From an uncultured delta proteobacterium (lineage in GTDB: Bacteria; Desulfobacterota; SM23-61): a stretch of DNA of 64,000 nt. Shown in pieces: positions 1 to 10,882 of the stretch. Position 1 is the first letter of the stretch. Every line of letters starts with the position of its first letter. Under the pieces are notes generated by a model. The model searched no databases, was not told the origin of the DNA, and worked only from the letters and a program-made list of their open reading frames with translations. The stretch is taken from contig CAVQIK010000005.1 in the NCBI GenBank assembly GCA_963712535.1, forward strand, positions 15 through 64,014. Direction: 5' to 3'. Made by a program: the position numbers and the translations under genes.

Positions 1-406
1 AGTTGAAATACTGCGTCGCTGGGTGAAATCGAAAATAACGCTTTCAGGAAGAAGTAAATAATCCAAGGCTGGAGTTATTTAGGCGGGACCCTAAAACCGA
101 GAGCACAACTATCTATCCAAAATGGAAGCGCCCTCATTTGGAAGAGCAATTGCAGATTTGCTTTGCAGATAGAAGCATTTTCCTTGCCTACAAAGTGAGC
201 TTTTCATGCAGATATTCACCGATCGTACAAGGTAGCGGTACCTACTTGTTGAGGGAGCAAGCGCAATAGTGCATATTTATGGTTAAAATTAAGAGAAAAG
301 GCAAAGCCATGGCTTATCCTGCCCATCATGGCTCCCAAGCAGCCGAGTTTGTGAATTTTCGCAAAGAAAAATTGGTTTCATTTCAAAGATATGATACGTT
401 AAATCC

Positions 407-1009
407 ATGAAACGAGGGCCAAACTTTTGCCTTATTTGTGCGGTGGGCATGCTCTGCGGATTCATCGCCTGCCAGAAAATTCAAATCGCTTCAGAAGAGA
501 GACCTCCGCAAGAAAAAGCCCAAAAGGAAAAGATAGCCCAGGAAAAAACAATCCCCCAAGGGGCACCCCGGCAACAACCCACCCAGAAAAAAAGTTCTTC
601 GGCAGGAATCTTCCAGAAGATCACCCCCCAAGACACTTTCATCCGCACTTACGGTATCGATTGTGGCTCTTTCCATGGCCAAGTCAATGCCGCGCTTCAG
701 GACTATGCCAAAAACCATAAGGGGAATTCCTTTCAGATTTCCCGCCTCGGGAGTGATGCGGTAATTTTAAGAGGGATTTACCTGCGCGATGGAGATCGGG
801 AAAAATATGTTTCAATTCTGACGATCAAACCCATTACCGCCCAAAAATGCCAATTACAGATAAAGTTCGATTCTTCGGCGGGAGGTCCTTCCTCTTCAAA
901 TCCCGACGAAGCCGGGAAAGAGATTTTTCAAATTATCGAAAAGGGAACGGGAAGAGCCCGCCCAGTAAAAGTTTCCCTGGCTTTTAAAATCACAAAACTG
1001 GTAAAATGA
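407..1009 (+). CDS. putative lipoprotein, unknown function
   Basis: 200-aa ORF. The N-terminal signal peptide ends in a lipobox-like GFIAC. A Gln/Lys/Pro-rich linker precedes a globular part. No family recognised. Confidence 0.5.
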   Translation: MKRGPNFCLICAVGMLCGFIACQKIQIASEERPPQEKAQKEKIAQEKTIPQGAPRQQPTQKKSSSAGIFQKITPQDTFIRTYGIDCGSFHGQVNAALQDYAKNHKGNSFQISRLGSDAVILRGIYLRDGDREKYVSILTIKPITAQKCQLQIKFDSSAGGPSSSNPDEAGKEIFQIIEKGTGRARPVKVSLAFKITKLVK

Positions 1010-1333
1010 CATAGCTCTTTTCGCAACTCTTCGAGCATTCCTCGCCGTGGTTCTCCCGCCCTTCTCTGCCACTTCAAAGATTGCCGGCTCGCCTTCCCGC
1101 AACACCTGCCACACCCCTAGGTTTCCGTTTTCACTTCAGCATCTACATCTATGCAGGAGGATAACATTCCTCCGCATTAACTTGCTAATACGAACCGCTT
1201 CATAGGAACGGGAGAAGGATAGGCGTTTAAGAAACAGGAAAGTTTGTTGGGCGAGCGCAATGTATATGGATCCCCTCCGGGCACCGGCATCTCAGTCCCG
1301 CCCTACTACCTGCCCACATCCCATTTCATGCAA

Positions 1334-1621
1334 TTAGGAAGAATATTCGTCTTTCTTTTCTCTACGAGCCAAAACCAATACGACGATGGCGGTATCCAGG
1401 GCGGCTGTGCCAAGTAGACCCGTAATCATTTGCAGGGAATCATATTTCTGGGCGTAAATGTACAAACCTGTATTAGCAATTGCAAAGAGGACCCAGGTTG
1501 AAATGCTGACCCCTTTGGCTGTACCCCCCTTCCAGATTTTGTAAAACTGCAAGGCGGTTGCTACAGGGAAAATTATCCCGGGGAGCCAACCTGCGAGTTC
1601 CATAACAAATCGAGGTACCAT
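1334..1621 (-). CDS. SemiSWEET / PQ-loop small membrane transporter
   Basis: About 95 aa with three TM segments and the motif PVATALQFYKIWKGG...GVSISTWVLF, typical of bacterial SemiSWEET/PQ-loop proteins. Start is placed at the internal ATG (MVPRFVMELAG), which lies 6 nt after AAAGGAG. Confidence 0.6.
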   Translation of the reverse strand: MVPRFVMELAGWLPGIIFPVATALQFYKIWKGGTAKGVSISTWVLFAIANTGLYIYAQKYDSLQMITGLLGTAALDTAIVVLVLARREKKDEYSS

Positions 1622-1742
1622 CCAAACTCCTTTCCCAAACCGCCGGGTAAACATTATAAAGGCAATTTTCCTCTAATCTATCACCGGAGTGCGTGCCGAT
1701 CTCTGCACCTGACGGGATTTAAGAAATTACAAGCCGGGAGTG

Positions 1743-2559
1743 TCAACTGCAATCAGCCGGTTGAACTTTCAGGTTTTTCAGCAAACGTTCCTTTTGCCGC
1801 CTGACGTACTGACCGTGGAGGACGTTAAAAATGACCAGGGGAGGATAAAATATGATCACTCTCTGGGCCAGCGAAAAAATCGCCCGCGAGGTTGGCTCAT
1901 CCTTGAAAAGGCTGTACACCCCGTAAAAGCCGGTCAGAATGGGCAGAATCGAGCCCAGGTATTTTCCCACCCGCCGGATTTCCACCGTCTTTCGGTTGAA
2001 ATGGCGGATGCCCAAATCCTCCATGGTCCAGACAAAGCCCAAAAGCAAGGAGGTGACCCCGACATTCAAAAACCTGCCCATGGTGAGTTCGCCCGGGGGA
2101 AGAGCGGAGGGAACCCCGGCTCCGGTGAAGAACACCCCCCAGGTATCTCGCCAGGGGCAAGGAAAAATGAGTGGCCATGAGCATCAGGAGTCCTATCCCC
2201 TGAAGCGGGCGGACGGCCCAGGCCCGGAAGGGACTGAAAGACTCGTCTCGTTCGTCCGCCTTTATCCGGATCAGACGCCCGTTCCCCCAATTCAGATAAT
2301 ACTGCACCCAGGCACAGAGCGCCGGAAGCAATAACAGGGGGATACTCAGATTCAGGGTTAAACGAAGGAAGCGAAAGAACGTGTAGCCGAAGGCCGCTTC
2401 GCCGGATGTGAAAGTGAACTCAGCGACAAAGCCCGCGATCAGCATCGTGGCGAGGAGAATCGCCACCCCCGGCCAGATGGGCCGGATCAGGCCCGAGATT
2501 CTCAGCCGGAGGAACCGAAAAAGATAAAAGCACCTTTCCCGAAAACGGTTGCTCATCAT
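1743..2559 (-). pseudogene. polytopic membrane protein with disrupted frame (pseudogene or assembly indel)
   Basis: Two hydrophobic ORF pieces (the 1897..2628 frame from MMSNRFRERCFYLF, and 1743..2135) join as ...ARYLGG|VFFTGAGVPS. Removing one base from the C6 run at 2135-2140 (G6 on the coding strand) gives one frame of about 270 aa. No family recognised. Confidence 0.5.
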
Positions 2560-2560
2560 C

Positions 2561-3766
2561 TCAGGAAATGAATTCCAGGGGAACCTCCCGCAGCCGGACC
2601 ACATCCCGAATCCGGCCGGGCACGTCAAATCCGCTCACGCATTTCACCGGGCATGAGCCGCAATCGCGGCAGAGGTCAGGGGGGAGATTCAGGGATAGCA
2701 ACAAATCCTGGGCTGCGCCGAGGTTGCGATACCCGTACACATACATGTAGGACCGCATCAGGTCGGGTATGGGCAAGGCCTGACGGCACGCTGCCGTGCA
2801 CCCTCCGCATCCCTGGCAGTATAACCCGGCCGTAGCCATCGCCTTCTGCAGATGAGATTTCTCGGACCGTTTCAGGGCGGGGTCTTCCATGACCGACAGG
2901 TCGAGGTCGAGCTGGTCAAAGGTCGTGAACCCGGCCACAATCGTGTGAACATTGGGATCCTGGAGCACCCATTTCAGGGCGGCCCGGGCGTCCATTTTCT
3001 CGCCCTTCGAAGCGGAAGCTACTCCGGCGATCGCCTTCATTCCCACAATGCCCAGACCGGCCGCGGCCGCCCTGGCGATGGCCTTTTTCACCTCGGGATA
3101 ATGCTTCTGCCGGAAATTGTAGGAGGTCAGGATCACCTCGTAAAACTTTGAATCCACCGCAGCGTCAATCACTTCGGGTTCGCTGCGGTGGGTGGAAATT
3201 CCCAAAAACCGGGCCTTGCCTTCTTTCCTGGCTTTCTCCATCGCCTTCACGATGGGCTCGTGCAGGACGGATTCTTTCTTCCAGACGTTGTGGTGGTAGA
3301 GGATATCCACGTAATCGAGCCCCAGCCGCTTCAGGCTGATGTCCAGGCGGCTCGAAAAAGCCTCCTGGGTCGCCGTGTCTTTGTACAGGCCGGTGGTTTC
3401 ATTCCGGGGGAGATAGATCTTGGTGGCGAGGACAAAAGAATCGCGGGGCCGCCCCTTGAGCACTCCCCCGATCACCTCTTCATTTTTCCCCCGCATGTAC
3501 CCGTGGGCGGTGTCCAGGTGAACCAGGCCCGCGTCCAGGGCCGCCCGGATGAGGTTGGGATTATCCGAATTCATCACCCCCATGGTGATGACCGGGAGCT
3601 TGATCCCCGTTTTCCCCAGAGCGCGGTACACGAACCTTCGCGGGCTTTTCCCCTGAGACCCCGATGGGACGGGCTTGGGTTCGTTGGATGAAACGAAAAA
3701 AAAGCTTCCCAGCCCGGCAAGGGACGATTTCAGAAAACCCCTCCGGGCCATCTTTTCGTCAAGCAT
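2561..3766 (-). CDS. Tat-signal aldo/keto reductase with C-terminal Fe-S cysteine clusters
   Basis: Twin-arginine signal MARRGFLKSSLAGLGSFF, with the start taken at MLDEKMARRGF. AKR core motifs (LGKTGIKLPVITMG, LDTAHGY). C-terminal CQGCGGCTAAC and CRDCGSCPVKC clusters, as in the Fe-S-containing AKR subgroup. Confidence 0.75.
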   Translation of the reverse strand: MLDEKMARRGFLKSSLAGLGSFFFVSSNEPKPVPSGSQGKSPRRFVYRALGKTGIKLPVITMGVMNSDNPNLIRAALDAGLVHLDTAHGYMRGKNEEVIGGVLKGRPRDSFVLATKIYLPRNETTGLYKDTATQEAFSSRLDISLKRLGLDYVDILYHHNVWKKESVLHEPIVKAMEKARKEGKARFLGISTHRSEPEVIDAAVDSKFYEVILTSYNFRQKHYPEVKKAIARAAAAGLGIVGMKAIAGVASASKGEKMDARAALKWVLQDPNVHTIVAGFTTFDQLDLDLSVMEDPALKRSEKSHLQKAMATAGLYCQGCGGCTAACRQALPIPDLMRSYMYVYGYRNLGAAQDLLLSLNLPPDLCRDCGSCPVKCVSGFDVPGRIRDVVRLREVPLEFIS

Positions 3767-3995
3767 GGTCCCCCCGTTCCGCTCTCTTCTTTCATGTAAA
3801 GTTCCGTAAGGCCGATCCGAAATATCTCTCGGACGATTGTACACCATAAATTCAGCCGGAAGAATTTCTTTGTGACAAGATTCAAGGATCCAGAACGGCT
3901 CGCGCGAGCAGAGACTGAGACTCCGGGCGGCGCAGATATAAATTGACTCTGCGAAAGGCGTATGATAAAAGTCAGAATCTTGTAAGGAGGCGGGG

Positions 3996-4966
3996 ATGAA
4001 AAGCAGGATACTTTACATTCTTCTCCTTTGGGCCTTATGTCTCCCGTCTCCGGCCGTACGCGGAATGGAATTGGCTGAACTCGCCTCCTCCTTGACCGGG
4101 AAGATTCCATTCCGATCCTTCTCGATGACCGGCTCCCAATTTGCCAAGTATGTTTCCGCTATGGACGAATCCCTGCGGGAACAAGCGATCCTCGGCCAAC
4201 TCCTAAGCGGCAACATCCCTGATTTCCTGAGAAGATTAACACCGGTCCAGTTGAGCCGCACTTTCGAGGACGGGAAAACAGCGGTGGCCACCATCTTCGT
4301 GATGCCCGATTACCTGGCCATCGGGTCCGACCGCGACTTTCTGCGGATCCCCATGGGCCTGTACACCGCCCTCGAGGTAGCGGATCGATACGGCTTCATC
4401 CTGCCGACGAGAAAGATGGTCGATGCCATCTTCAAACAGGCCGCCTTCCGGTTTGCCCCCGATCCCCTGCCTGCCGGTCCCCAGATGAGGTCAACGGCTT
4501 ATTATTGCAAGCACAACCGGAAGATCAGGGACAGCGCCTGGCTTTCGGCTGTCCCCTGGAGGCCCTGGTTTCGGGCCACAAGAAAGATGTCGTGCTTACC
4601 AATCGATTAACGAGAAGCGGGGGAAGGGTCGCCATCTATGGATGGCACCGCCCGTCGGGAATTCCGATTCAGCCTCTCACGACGGTCCACCGCGCGGATT
4701 ACGCGGATTACAGCCATGGAATCCGGCTGGTCGGAACGACCATTTTGCTCAACGGCGAACCCCGATCCATATTTGAGGTCTTGGAAAATTCAAGGACCGC
4801 GGAGATACTGAGCGATGAAGGGCCCATTCAGAGGGTTCGACAGCTCATGGCCCTTCGCCGCCCGCCGCCGGGGCGGCCGGCCGAGACATCCCCGATTTTG
4901 CAGGCCTCCGCCCTTCCGCAGGCATTTCCTTCCAGAGACCCTGACCCTCCGAATCAAGCCCCCTAA
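3996..4966 (+). pseudogene. secreted protein of unknown function, frame disrupted near 4520-4535
   Basis: Signal peptide MKSRILYILLLWALCLPSPAVRG. The 3996..4610 and 4505..4966 frames join as ...STAYYCKHNRKIRD|QRLAFGCPLEALVSGHKKDVVLTNRL. The conserved-looking core is continuous only across the shift. Confidence 0.5.
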
Positions 4967-5986
4967 TCCTTCCGGATGGTCTTGCAGCATCGGAATCCGA
5001 GGTGATAGTTTTCGTGGCTGTGCGCATCCATCACCCGGCTGCCGTGCCAGAAGGGGGCCCGCCAGCGGCACCAGTCTTCGTGGGCGTAGTAGGTGTCGAA
5101 AATGAACCAGCTGCCCTTCATCTCGGTGTAGCCCAGTTCCTTGCTGCCCCGGCTGGCCATCTGGCTTTCGTTCAGGGGCAGGTTCATATGTTCGGCGGCA
5201 TTGCCGTGCAGATCGTAGACGCCCAGAGGGCTGTGGCAGTCGGGAAAAGTCCCGGAAGGAAAAGTATTCGAGCCGCATTTCGTCCAGCCCTCTCCCCGGC
5301 ACCCCGGGGTCTTGTGGCTGGAAGCGGCACAGATCCCCTTCTGGTACGAATTTCCATAGGCCCAGACCTTGTGGGCGCCGTAGGCCCGGTTGTGGGCCTG
5401 GCGCATCCTTTCGACCGCTACGTTGGGGGGGACGCCTTTGGCCAGGTCGAAACGGTAATCGGGCGGCTCGAGGGCCCCGGCGCAGGCGCCTTCCCATTCA
5501 TGAGCGTCGCACAGGCGCTTACCCATGGCCGCAGCAGATTTCGGCGGCTTCCCGGGCGCGCACCCAGACAACCGGGTAGGCGCAGGGGATGTCGGGAAAC
5601 TCGAACTGATCGATGCAGGCCTTGGCGTCCTCGGCTTTTTCCGTGGCCGGATTGTAAGAGGGGCGCCATGTACTTGGCCCCGCAGATCTTCTCGAACTCC
5701 TCATTTTCGTACCGGATGCCCAGCCGGACCAGTTTCTCCCGGCATCCTTGCGGAGTCAAGGGGTGTTGGGCGACGGCCGGGTTTCCCTGGCCGACGTAGC
5801 CGGATTCGGTAAAAATCGCCCGAATCGAATGCATTTGCTGGTCGGACAAGCCATGGACTCGCTGAAGCTGTTCGAAGAGGATGTCGTTCTGCTCTTTGAG
5901 AGACTGGGCGGCCGCCGGGCCGGCGAAAGAAGGACCGCAGCCAAAAAGGACAAAATGCCGATGCACAAACCCCGGTATTTTTTCAT
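4963..5986 (-). pseudogene. FGE-sulfatase (SUMF1-like) domain protein with signal peptide, at least 3 frame disruptions
   Basis: C-terminal part carries GVYDLHGNAAEHM...HLGFRCC, typical of formylglycine-generating-enzyme-type domains. The N-terminus MKKYRGLCIGILSFLAAV, the middle AAAQSLKEQNDILFEQL...KICGAKYMAPL and YNPATEKAEDAKACIDQFEFPDIPCAYPVVWV lie in three other frames. Shifts fall near 5905-5925, 5656-5665 and 5530-5540. Confidence 0.6.
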
Positions 5987-7638
5987 GGCTCCCCTTTCCG
6001 TACCAGGTAGAAGAAGTCCCGGTTGTCCGGATAGCCGAGGAAACGCGGGATGTACTCGCCCTTTCGCCGACCTGTCCACTTCGCTCATCCCCTGGATCAG
6101 GTGCTGCACATAAAGCTTGGAACCCAGCCTCTTGTAGACCGCGAGGTAGGTATGCTCGAGAGCATTCATGTCCAAAAGCATGGCGTACCGGCACCGGTAG
6201 GCCTGAAAGACCCGCGCCATGGCCGACGGGGTCGCGCTCGTGAAGACGCGCGTAGAGGAGAAACCGCTTTCCGTCCGCCTCCTGCAAGCGCGGCGCCTGC
6301 CCGCAGCGTGCGCAGCTTCTCGTCCGCCGAGCCGGACCAGTTCCCCTCTCCCCATCGCGCGACGAGCGGACCCGGGACGGAGGTCCGGGCGCCGTGATCG
6401 AAATCGGCGATGATGGGGACCCCGTTCTGGCGGGCGTACCTGATTCCGGGAAGAAGATCATTGTCTCTCTCGGTCCAGGTCTTCATATCCATCCGGCCGT
6501 CATTCAGCGTATAAATCGTGGCCAGGCCGGGTTGAAGCTTGCTGAAAACCACGCCATTTTCGATGAAGCCGTAATGGCTCCCGTGATTTTTCAGGGACAG
6601 ATCTCCCCACCTGAAAGCCCCGTGGCGTGCGCTTGAAACCTCCCGTGAAGGCCGCCACCGTCCTTCCCGCGTCGACCGGGTTGATGAGGCCGGTCGAAAC
6701 CAAAGGAGCGATGGTGCCGATCCCGTCCGGGCCCGGGAAGGGATTCATCCTTCATCCGTTCGAGAATACGATCGGACCAATCGACTCTCGGGTGTTCCGT
6801 CCCCAACGCGAACTTGAGCTCGAACTGATCCAGGTCGAAGGCTGCAAGATAGACCACGGCCCCCATTTCGACCCTGTCCAGGGCCCCGACCACGTTCCGG
6901 TAACTGGCCAAAACCTCGGGGGCGATGCTCCCGGGTACCATCAGGCCGACGTAAATGCCCGGATTATCTTTCACGGCGTACCAGTTCCCGGGAATCATTC
7001 CGTCAGCGAGGGAATCTCTCGTCTCGATGCCGAGCTGGGCCGGCTGCACCGGTGGGTCGGTTCTTTTGGGGTCCATCAGGGCCGGCTGGGGGGCGACCTC
7101 CGCATCCTCTCCTGTTCGGCCTTGCCGGCCCGTCTTTGCCGCCTCCACGCTCCTGGCATCTTCCCGGTACAAATCTTTGAAAAATGTTCCCTTAACAAAG
7201 GAAACGATTTTTTCGCCCGCGGGGACTTCATCCCGCAGGAAATCCGTCACCCACTCCAGGCGGGTTCGATGCCCCTTGGAGGGGTTTCGAAGATAGATTC
7301 TTTCTCCGCAAAGCGGGGCATAGGAAACTCCTGACCTCCTGGCTTCCTTCAAGGCGGATCGGGAGCCGGGCCCCCAAAGGTCACACCTATGCTTTTCCTT
7401 TCCCGCGAGGATGACCACGCCCTCGGGGTTGCTCTCGTCGAGTATCAGATCTCTGGTCCTTCGGGCGGGCATTCGCCAGATGGTAGATTTCTTCCGGCGA
7501 CGAATCCCCCCAGCTGAGGCGGAGCACGTACCAGGCGTTTATGTTGCGGTTCAGATTGATGAGCGTGGCCCGGCCCTCTTCTCCGCCCGGGACTTGGATG
7601 CGGATGGAGGTCGTGCGGCGAAACGGCTGGAGGTCCAC
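5983..7638 (-). pseudogene. large secreted/unknown protein (possibly phosphodiester-glycosidase-like), multiply frame-disrupted
   Basis: A coherent protein can only be read by hopping between at least 5 frames (7387..7638, 6591..7472, 6500..6748, 6166..6552, 5756..6355 and a third frame). It ends ...GEYIPRFLGYPDNRDFFYLVRKGEP, with its TGA overlapping the ATG of the next gene (ATGA at 5983-5986). The motif AMLLDMNALEHTYLAVY only vaguely recalls the NAGPA/DUF2233 fold. The start is uncertain. Confidence 0.4.
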
Positions 7639-7814
7639 GATGGTTTTTGAGTCTTCGGATCTTTCAGCCGACCCGGAAGAAGCTGCCGAGCCCTCCGATC
7701 AGAAAAATGAAAGATGAGGAGGGGAATCATCTCCCTCCATGACCGCTCTTTTGTTATCCCCTCCGCTCGGATCGATTTGTGATTCAGGAAAATCGGCAGT
7801 TCGCATCCGCTCCT

Positions 7815-9273
7815 CTAAATAGCCAGGAGAATGATCACCGCAGCCAGAAGGATCACGATACGGCTGACCGGATCTTTGAGGGTGAACAGCAAGGGGTCGT
7901 CGTGCATCCGCCCGCGATGGGCGACGAGCCAAACGTAGCTGATCCAGTATAAGAGCAAGGGACACAGGAGCCAGAGAAGCGCGGCTTTCGTGTAGAGGAT
8001 CTCCGCGGCGCCGCTGGAGATATAGATGGCCAGGACGAGCACGGCCACGTAGCCGCTTCCGCCGCCCATGGAGGCCAGGAGTTCCATGTCGATAATCTGG
8101 TACCCGCGGACCTGGGCGGTTTCTCCCTTGAGCCCGCGCATCATCACCAGTTCGGCATATCGTTTGACCAGAGCCAGGCTGAAGAACAGAAAGGTAGAGA
8201 AGGCGAGGAGCCAGGAGGAGGGCCAAATATCCACGGATGCGGCTCCTCCCATGATTCGCATCGTGTAGAGACCGGCAAGAATGATCACGTCCAAAACGGC
8301 TACGCGCTTCAGGGTAAAAGAATAGCCCAGGTTTAAAAGGAAGTAGAGAAGCAGCACCGCCAGAAAGAGCGGGGGCAGAAAAAGGCACAACAGCAAGCTC
8401 AAGCCAAGCAAAACGGGAACCGAGGCCAGCCCCCAGACGAGGGAAATTTCTCCCGCCGCGAACGGGCGCTCCCGCTTTCGGGGGTGCTGGCGGTCGGAAG
8501 GAAGGTCCGCCAGGTCGTTGATGAGATAAACGCTGGAGGCGCAGAGTCCGAAAGCGAGGAAGGCCAGGGAAGCCTTGCCGAACGAAGGAAAATCGTCAAA
8601 CCGGTGGGCCATCAAAATGGGGACGAAAACCAGAAGATTTTTCAGCCAGTGCTGCGGGCGCAGCGCCCGCAGGTAGGGAATCAGCCATCCCTCTCCGTTG
8701 CCGAATACCCGTTCAACCTCCGCCACCCGGGCAGCCCTGCGGGATAGATCCGCCGAGGAACTGACGACGATGGCTCTGCGGGCCGAGCACCAGACTTGAA
8801 GGTCCCTCCAGTTGTTTCCCGCGTAATCAAAGCCTCTTTCACCGAAAACTCCCACCAGGCGTTCCCGCTTCTGGTGCGGGGACAGGTTCGAATTCCCGTT
8901 GCTGGCCAAAACCGTTTGAAACAGCCGGAGGTGATCGGCGACCTGCCGGGCGATTCGCTCATCGCTGCCGGTTGCCAAAACCAGCGGGCGCCCCCGGTTC
9001 TGTTCGAGCTTCCAGATACCCGATGAGCTTGCGATGATAGGGCAAACTGGTGACGTCCAGGGTTACCCGTCGATTTATTTCCCTTTTCAGATAGGCCTTT
9101 CCCTTGAGCAGCCAGAAGGGAAGAAGAACGACATAGAATGGGTTTTGCTTTACGAGGGCAAAGAGCGACTCCACCAGCAGGTCGGTTTTGACCAGGGTAC
9201 CGTCCAGGTCCACGACCAGCGGAAGGGAATCTGCCGGTAATTTTTGTTTTTCCGGGGAAAGACCTTGGTCCAT
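7815..9273 (-). pseudogene. HAD-like phosphatase fused to UbiA-family prenyl/phosphoribosyl transferase, frame disrupted near 8975-9000
   Basis: N-terminal HAD motif LVVDLDGTLVKTD (8959..9282 frame) continues as ...IGYLEA|...RPLVLATGSDERIARQVADHL in the 7815..8978 frame. The C-terminal 8-9 TM UbiA domain carries the NDLADLPSDRQHPRKRERP Asp-rich motif. The architecture resembles decaprenyl-phosphate phosphoribosyltransferase-type enzymes. Confidence 0.65.
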
Positions 9274-9284
9274 GTTTAACAACG

Positions 9285-9333
9285 CCCCCCACCCTGACCC
9301 TCCCGCTCGAGGGGGGAGGGCGGGGAGGGGGTG
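9285..9333. repeat. G/C-run palindromic element (family D)
   Basis: CCCCCCACCCTGACCCTCCC-GCTCGA-GGGGGGAGGGCGGGGAGGGGGTG. A related, nearly perfect palindrome lies at 61826-61886. Confidence 0.6.
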
Positions 9334-9375
9334 AAATCGTCCTTTCTTCTGGCATCTTAACTCGTTCCGCGAAAT

Positions 9376-10475
9376 TTACTTCGTTCGCTTCAGGATATTC
9401 GGCGAAAAATCTTCCCCATCGGGTGTTGGCTTCCACTTCCCGCATGATTCGTTTTCCCACCCACGGCCACCAGATCCAATCGTGGTACACGTAGGAACCG
9501 AGGACAAAAAGATAGACCAGGGGCGTGTGGAAGAAGAACTTCTGAAAGCGCTTAAGCGGTCCGTACCACATGAGATCCCCGACGCGGCTGGCGAAATTAT
9601 CCCCGACGGAAAAATGAAAATTGATGCTCGATAGGTCCTCTCCCAGGACCTCGATCTCTTCAACCCTTCCCACCCCCAGCCCATCCTCATGAGCAAGCCT
9701 GATGTAGTCGATCTTGAGGGGATCAAAGCCCATGATCCTGGCTGCGACCGCATCTATGGCTACGGAATCAGAACCCGCCAGGATCAGCCCTTTCTCCACC
9801 GGGATCATGGTGCGGGGCCCCGGGCCGTTTCCGCAGAGGGTCGCGTCCATGACGGTGAAGATCCCCGGATGGATTTCCTTCTGTATCGCGAGCAGGTCCA
9901 CCAGGGTCTCATGGATGTAGGAGTGAGTGTAATGGCGACGGGTGGCAAGGAGCCCGCCGAAGGCATTCTTCATGGACCCGGTAATCGTGGTGTAGATGTG
10001 GCATTTTGCCGTGGGCAGATGGACGATGTTCTTCCCGTGGAAGAAATCCGGTATCCTTATCCCCCGGGGGAAGATGCGGTCCAGCACCCTCATTTTCGCT
10101 TTCGGGCGGAAGACTTCCCAGGCCATGTCCTCAGCAAGAAAATTATACTTTTCAGGAATTCCGTATCGCCGGTAGACCGGCTCCAGCTTATTTAACCTGC
10201 CGCCTTTGAAGGGATCGGTAACGACAGTGTTGTTGTGCACTGCCACTAGCCGGGGGAATCCGGCGCCCTGCAGCCCCCGAATGGCGCCTTCCAGTTGCCA
10301 GGGAGTGGTGTTAGCGGATAAAAAAGGGAAATGCCAGGAAATATTGTCCTTCAAAATCGTCGGCGCTTCGGGCGAAAGCGCCGTCCTTGACCCCGGCCAT
10401 CTGCATCAGCCTGGGGATGTCTTCAAGCACCGTTTCAGGGGTCGTTTTTAGAACGGCAACGACGGGTTTTTTCAA
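9376..10475 (-). pseudogene. DUF362 domain protein, frame disrupted near 10380; 3' end uncertain
   Basis: A TTG start lies 7 nt after GGAGGA (LKKPVVAVLKTTPETVLEDIPRLMQMAGVKD). A one-base shift then leads into ALSPEAPTILKDNISWHFPFLSANTTPWQLEG... The core (HLPTAKCH, MDATLCGNGPGP, SDSVAIDAVAARIMGF) is DUF362-like. The track ORF runs on to 8681 through the palindrome and into the next gene, which I regard as read-through rather than real coding. Confidence 0.6.
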
Positions 10476-10612
10476 TTCGGTTCCTCCATTCGCCCATATT
10501 ATAGCAGGTCCTTAGGAACCTATTCATGATCTTCTCTTGCCTGCAAAAGACCCGAAGAGACGAAAAGCCCAGTACCTTGAAAAAGAAATTGTGCGCAAAT
10601 GGCAACGAATTT

Positions 10613-10666
10613 CAGAAATCCCCCCTCGCCCCCCTTTGACAAAGGGGGGGATGGGGGGGATTTCTG
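10613..10666. repeat. G/C-run palindromic REP-like element (family A)
   Basis: CAGAAATCCCCCCTCGCCCCCCTTTG-ACA-AAGGGGGGGATGGGGGGGATTTCTG. The same termini occur at 14049-14085 and 21255-21337. Confidence 0.7.
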
Positions 10667-10882
10667 GGAAATGTAATCCACACGGTAATATCTTTTTGGT
10701 TTTGGCTGCGCTGGGCTGGGGCACGGTGCTCGCGCTCGGCGCCTCTGCCTCCGCACCTAAGACAACACGGCACCCCCGCATCTGATAGTCGGCTCTCCCT
10801 TCGATTGAGGCGGCGGGGAATTTGTGATTTAATGATGATAGGGCTGGATACGCGAAATCCAGCCTTGAGGGGAGGGTTGAAT

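Noticed and set aside
8681-9375. C-terminal 230 aa of the 557-aa DUF362 track ORF
   Set aside because: It translates through the G/C palindrome (SPPPRPPPSSGRVRVGG). It then runs out of frame across the HAD-UbiA gene, which has clear motifs in its own frame. I treat it as read-through caused by a lost or shifted stop.
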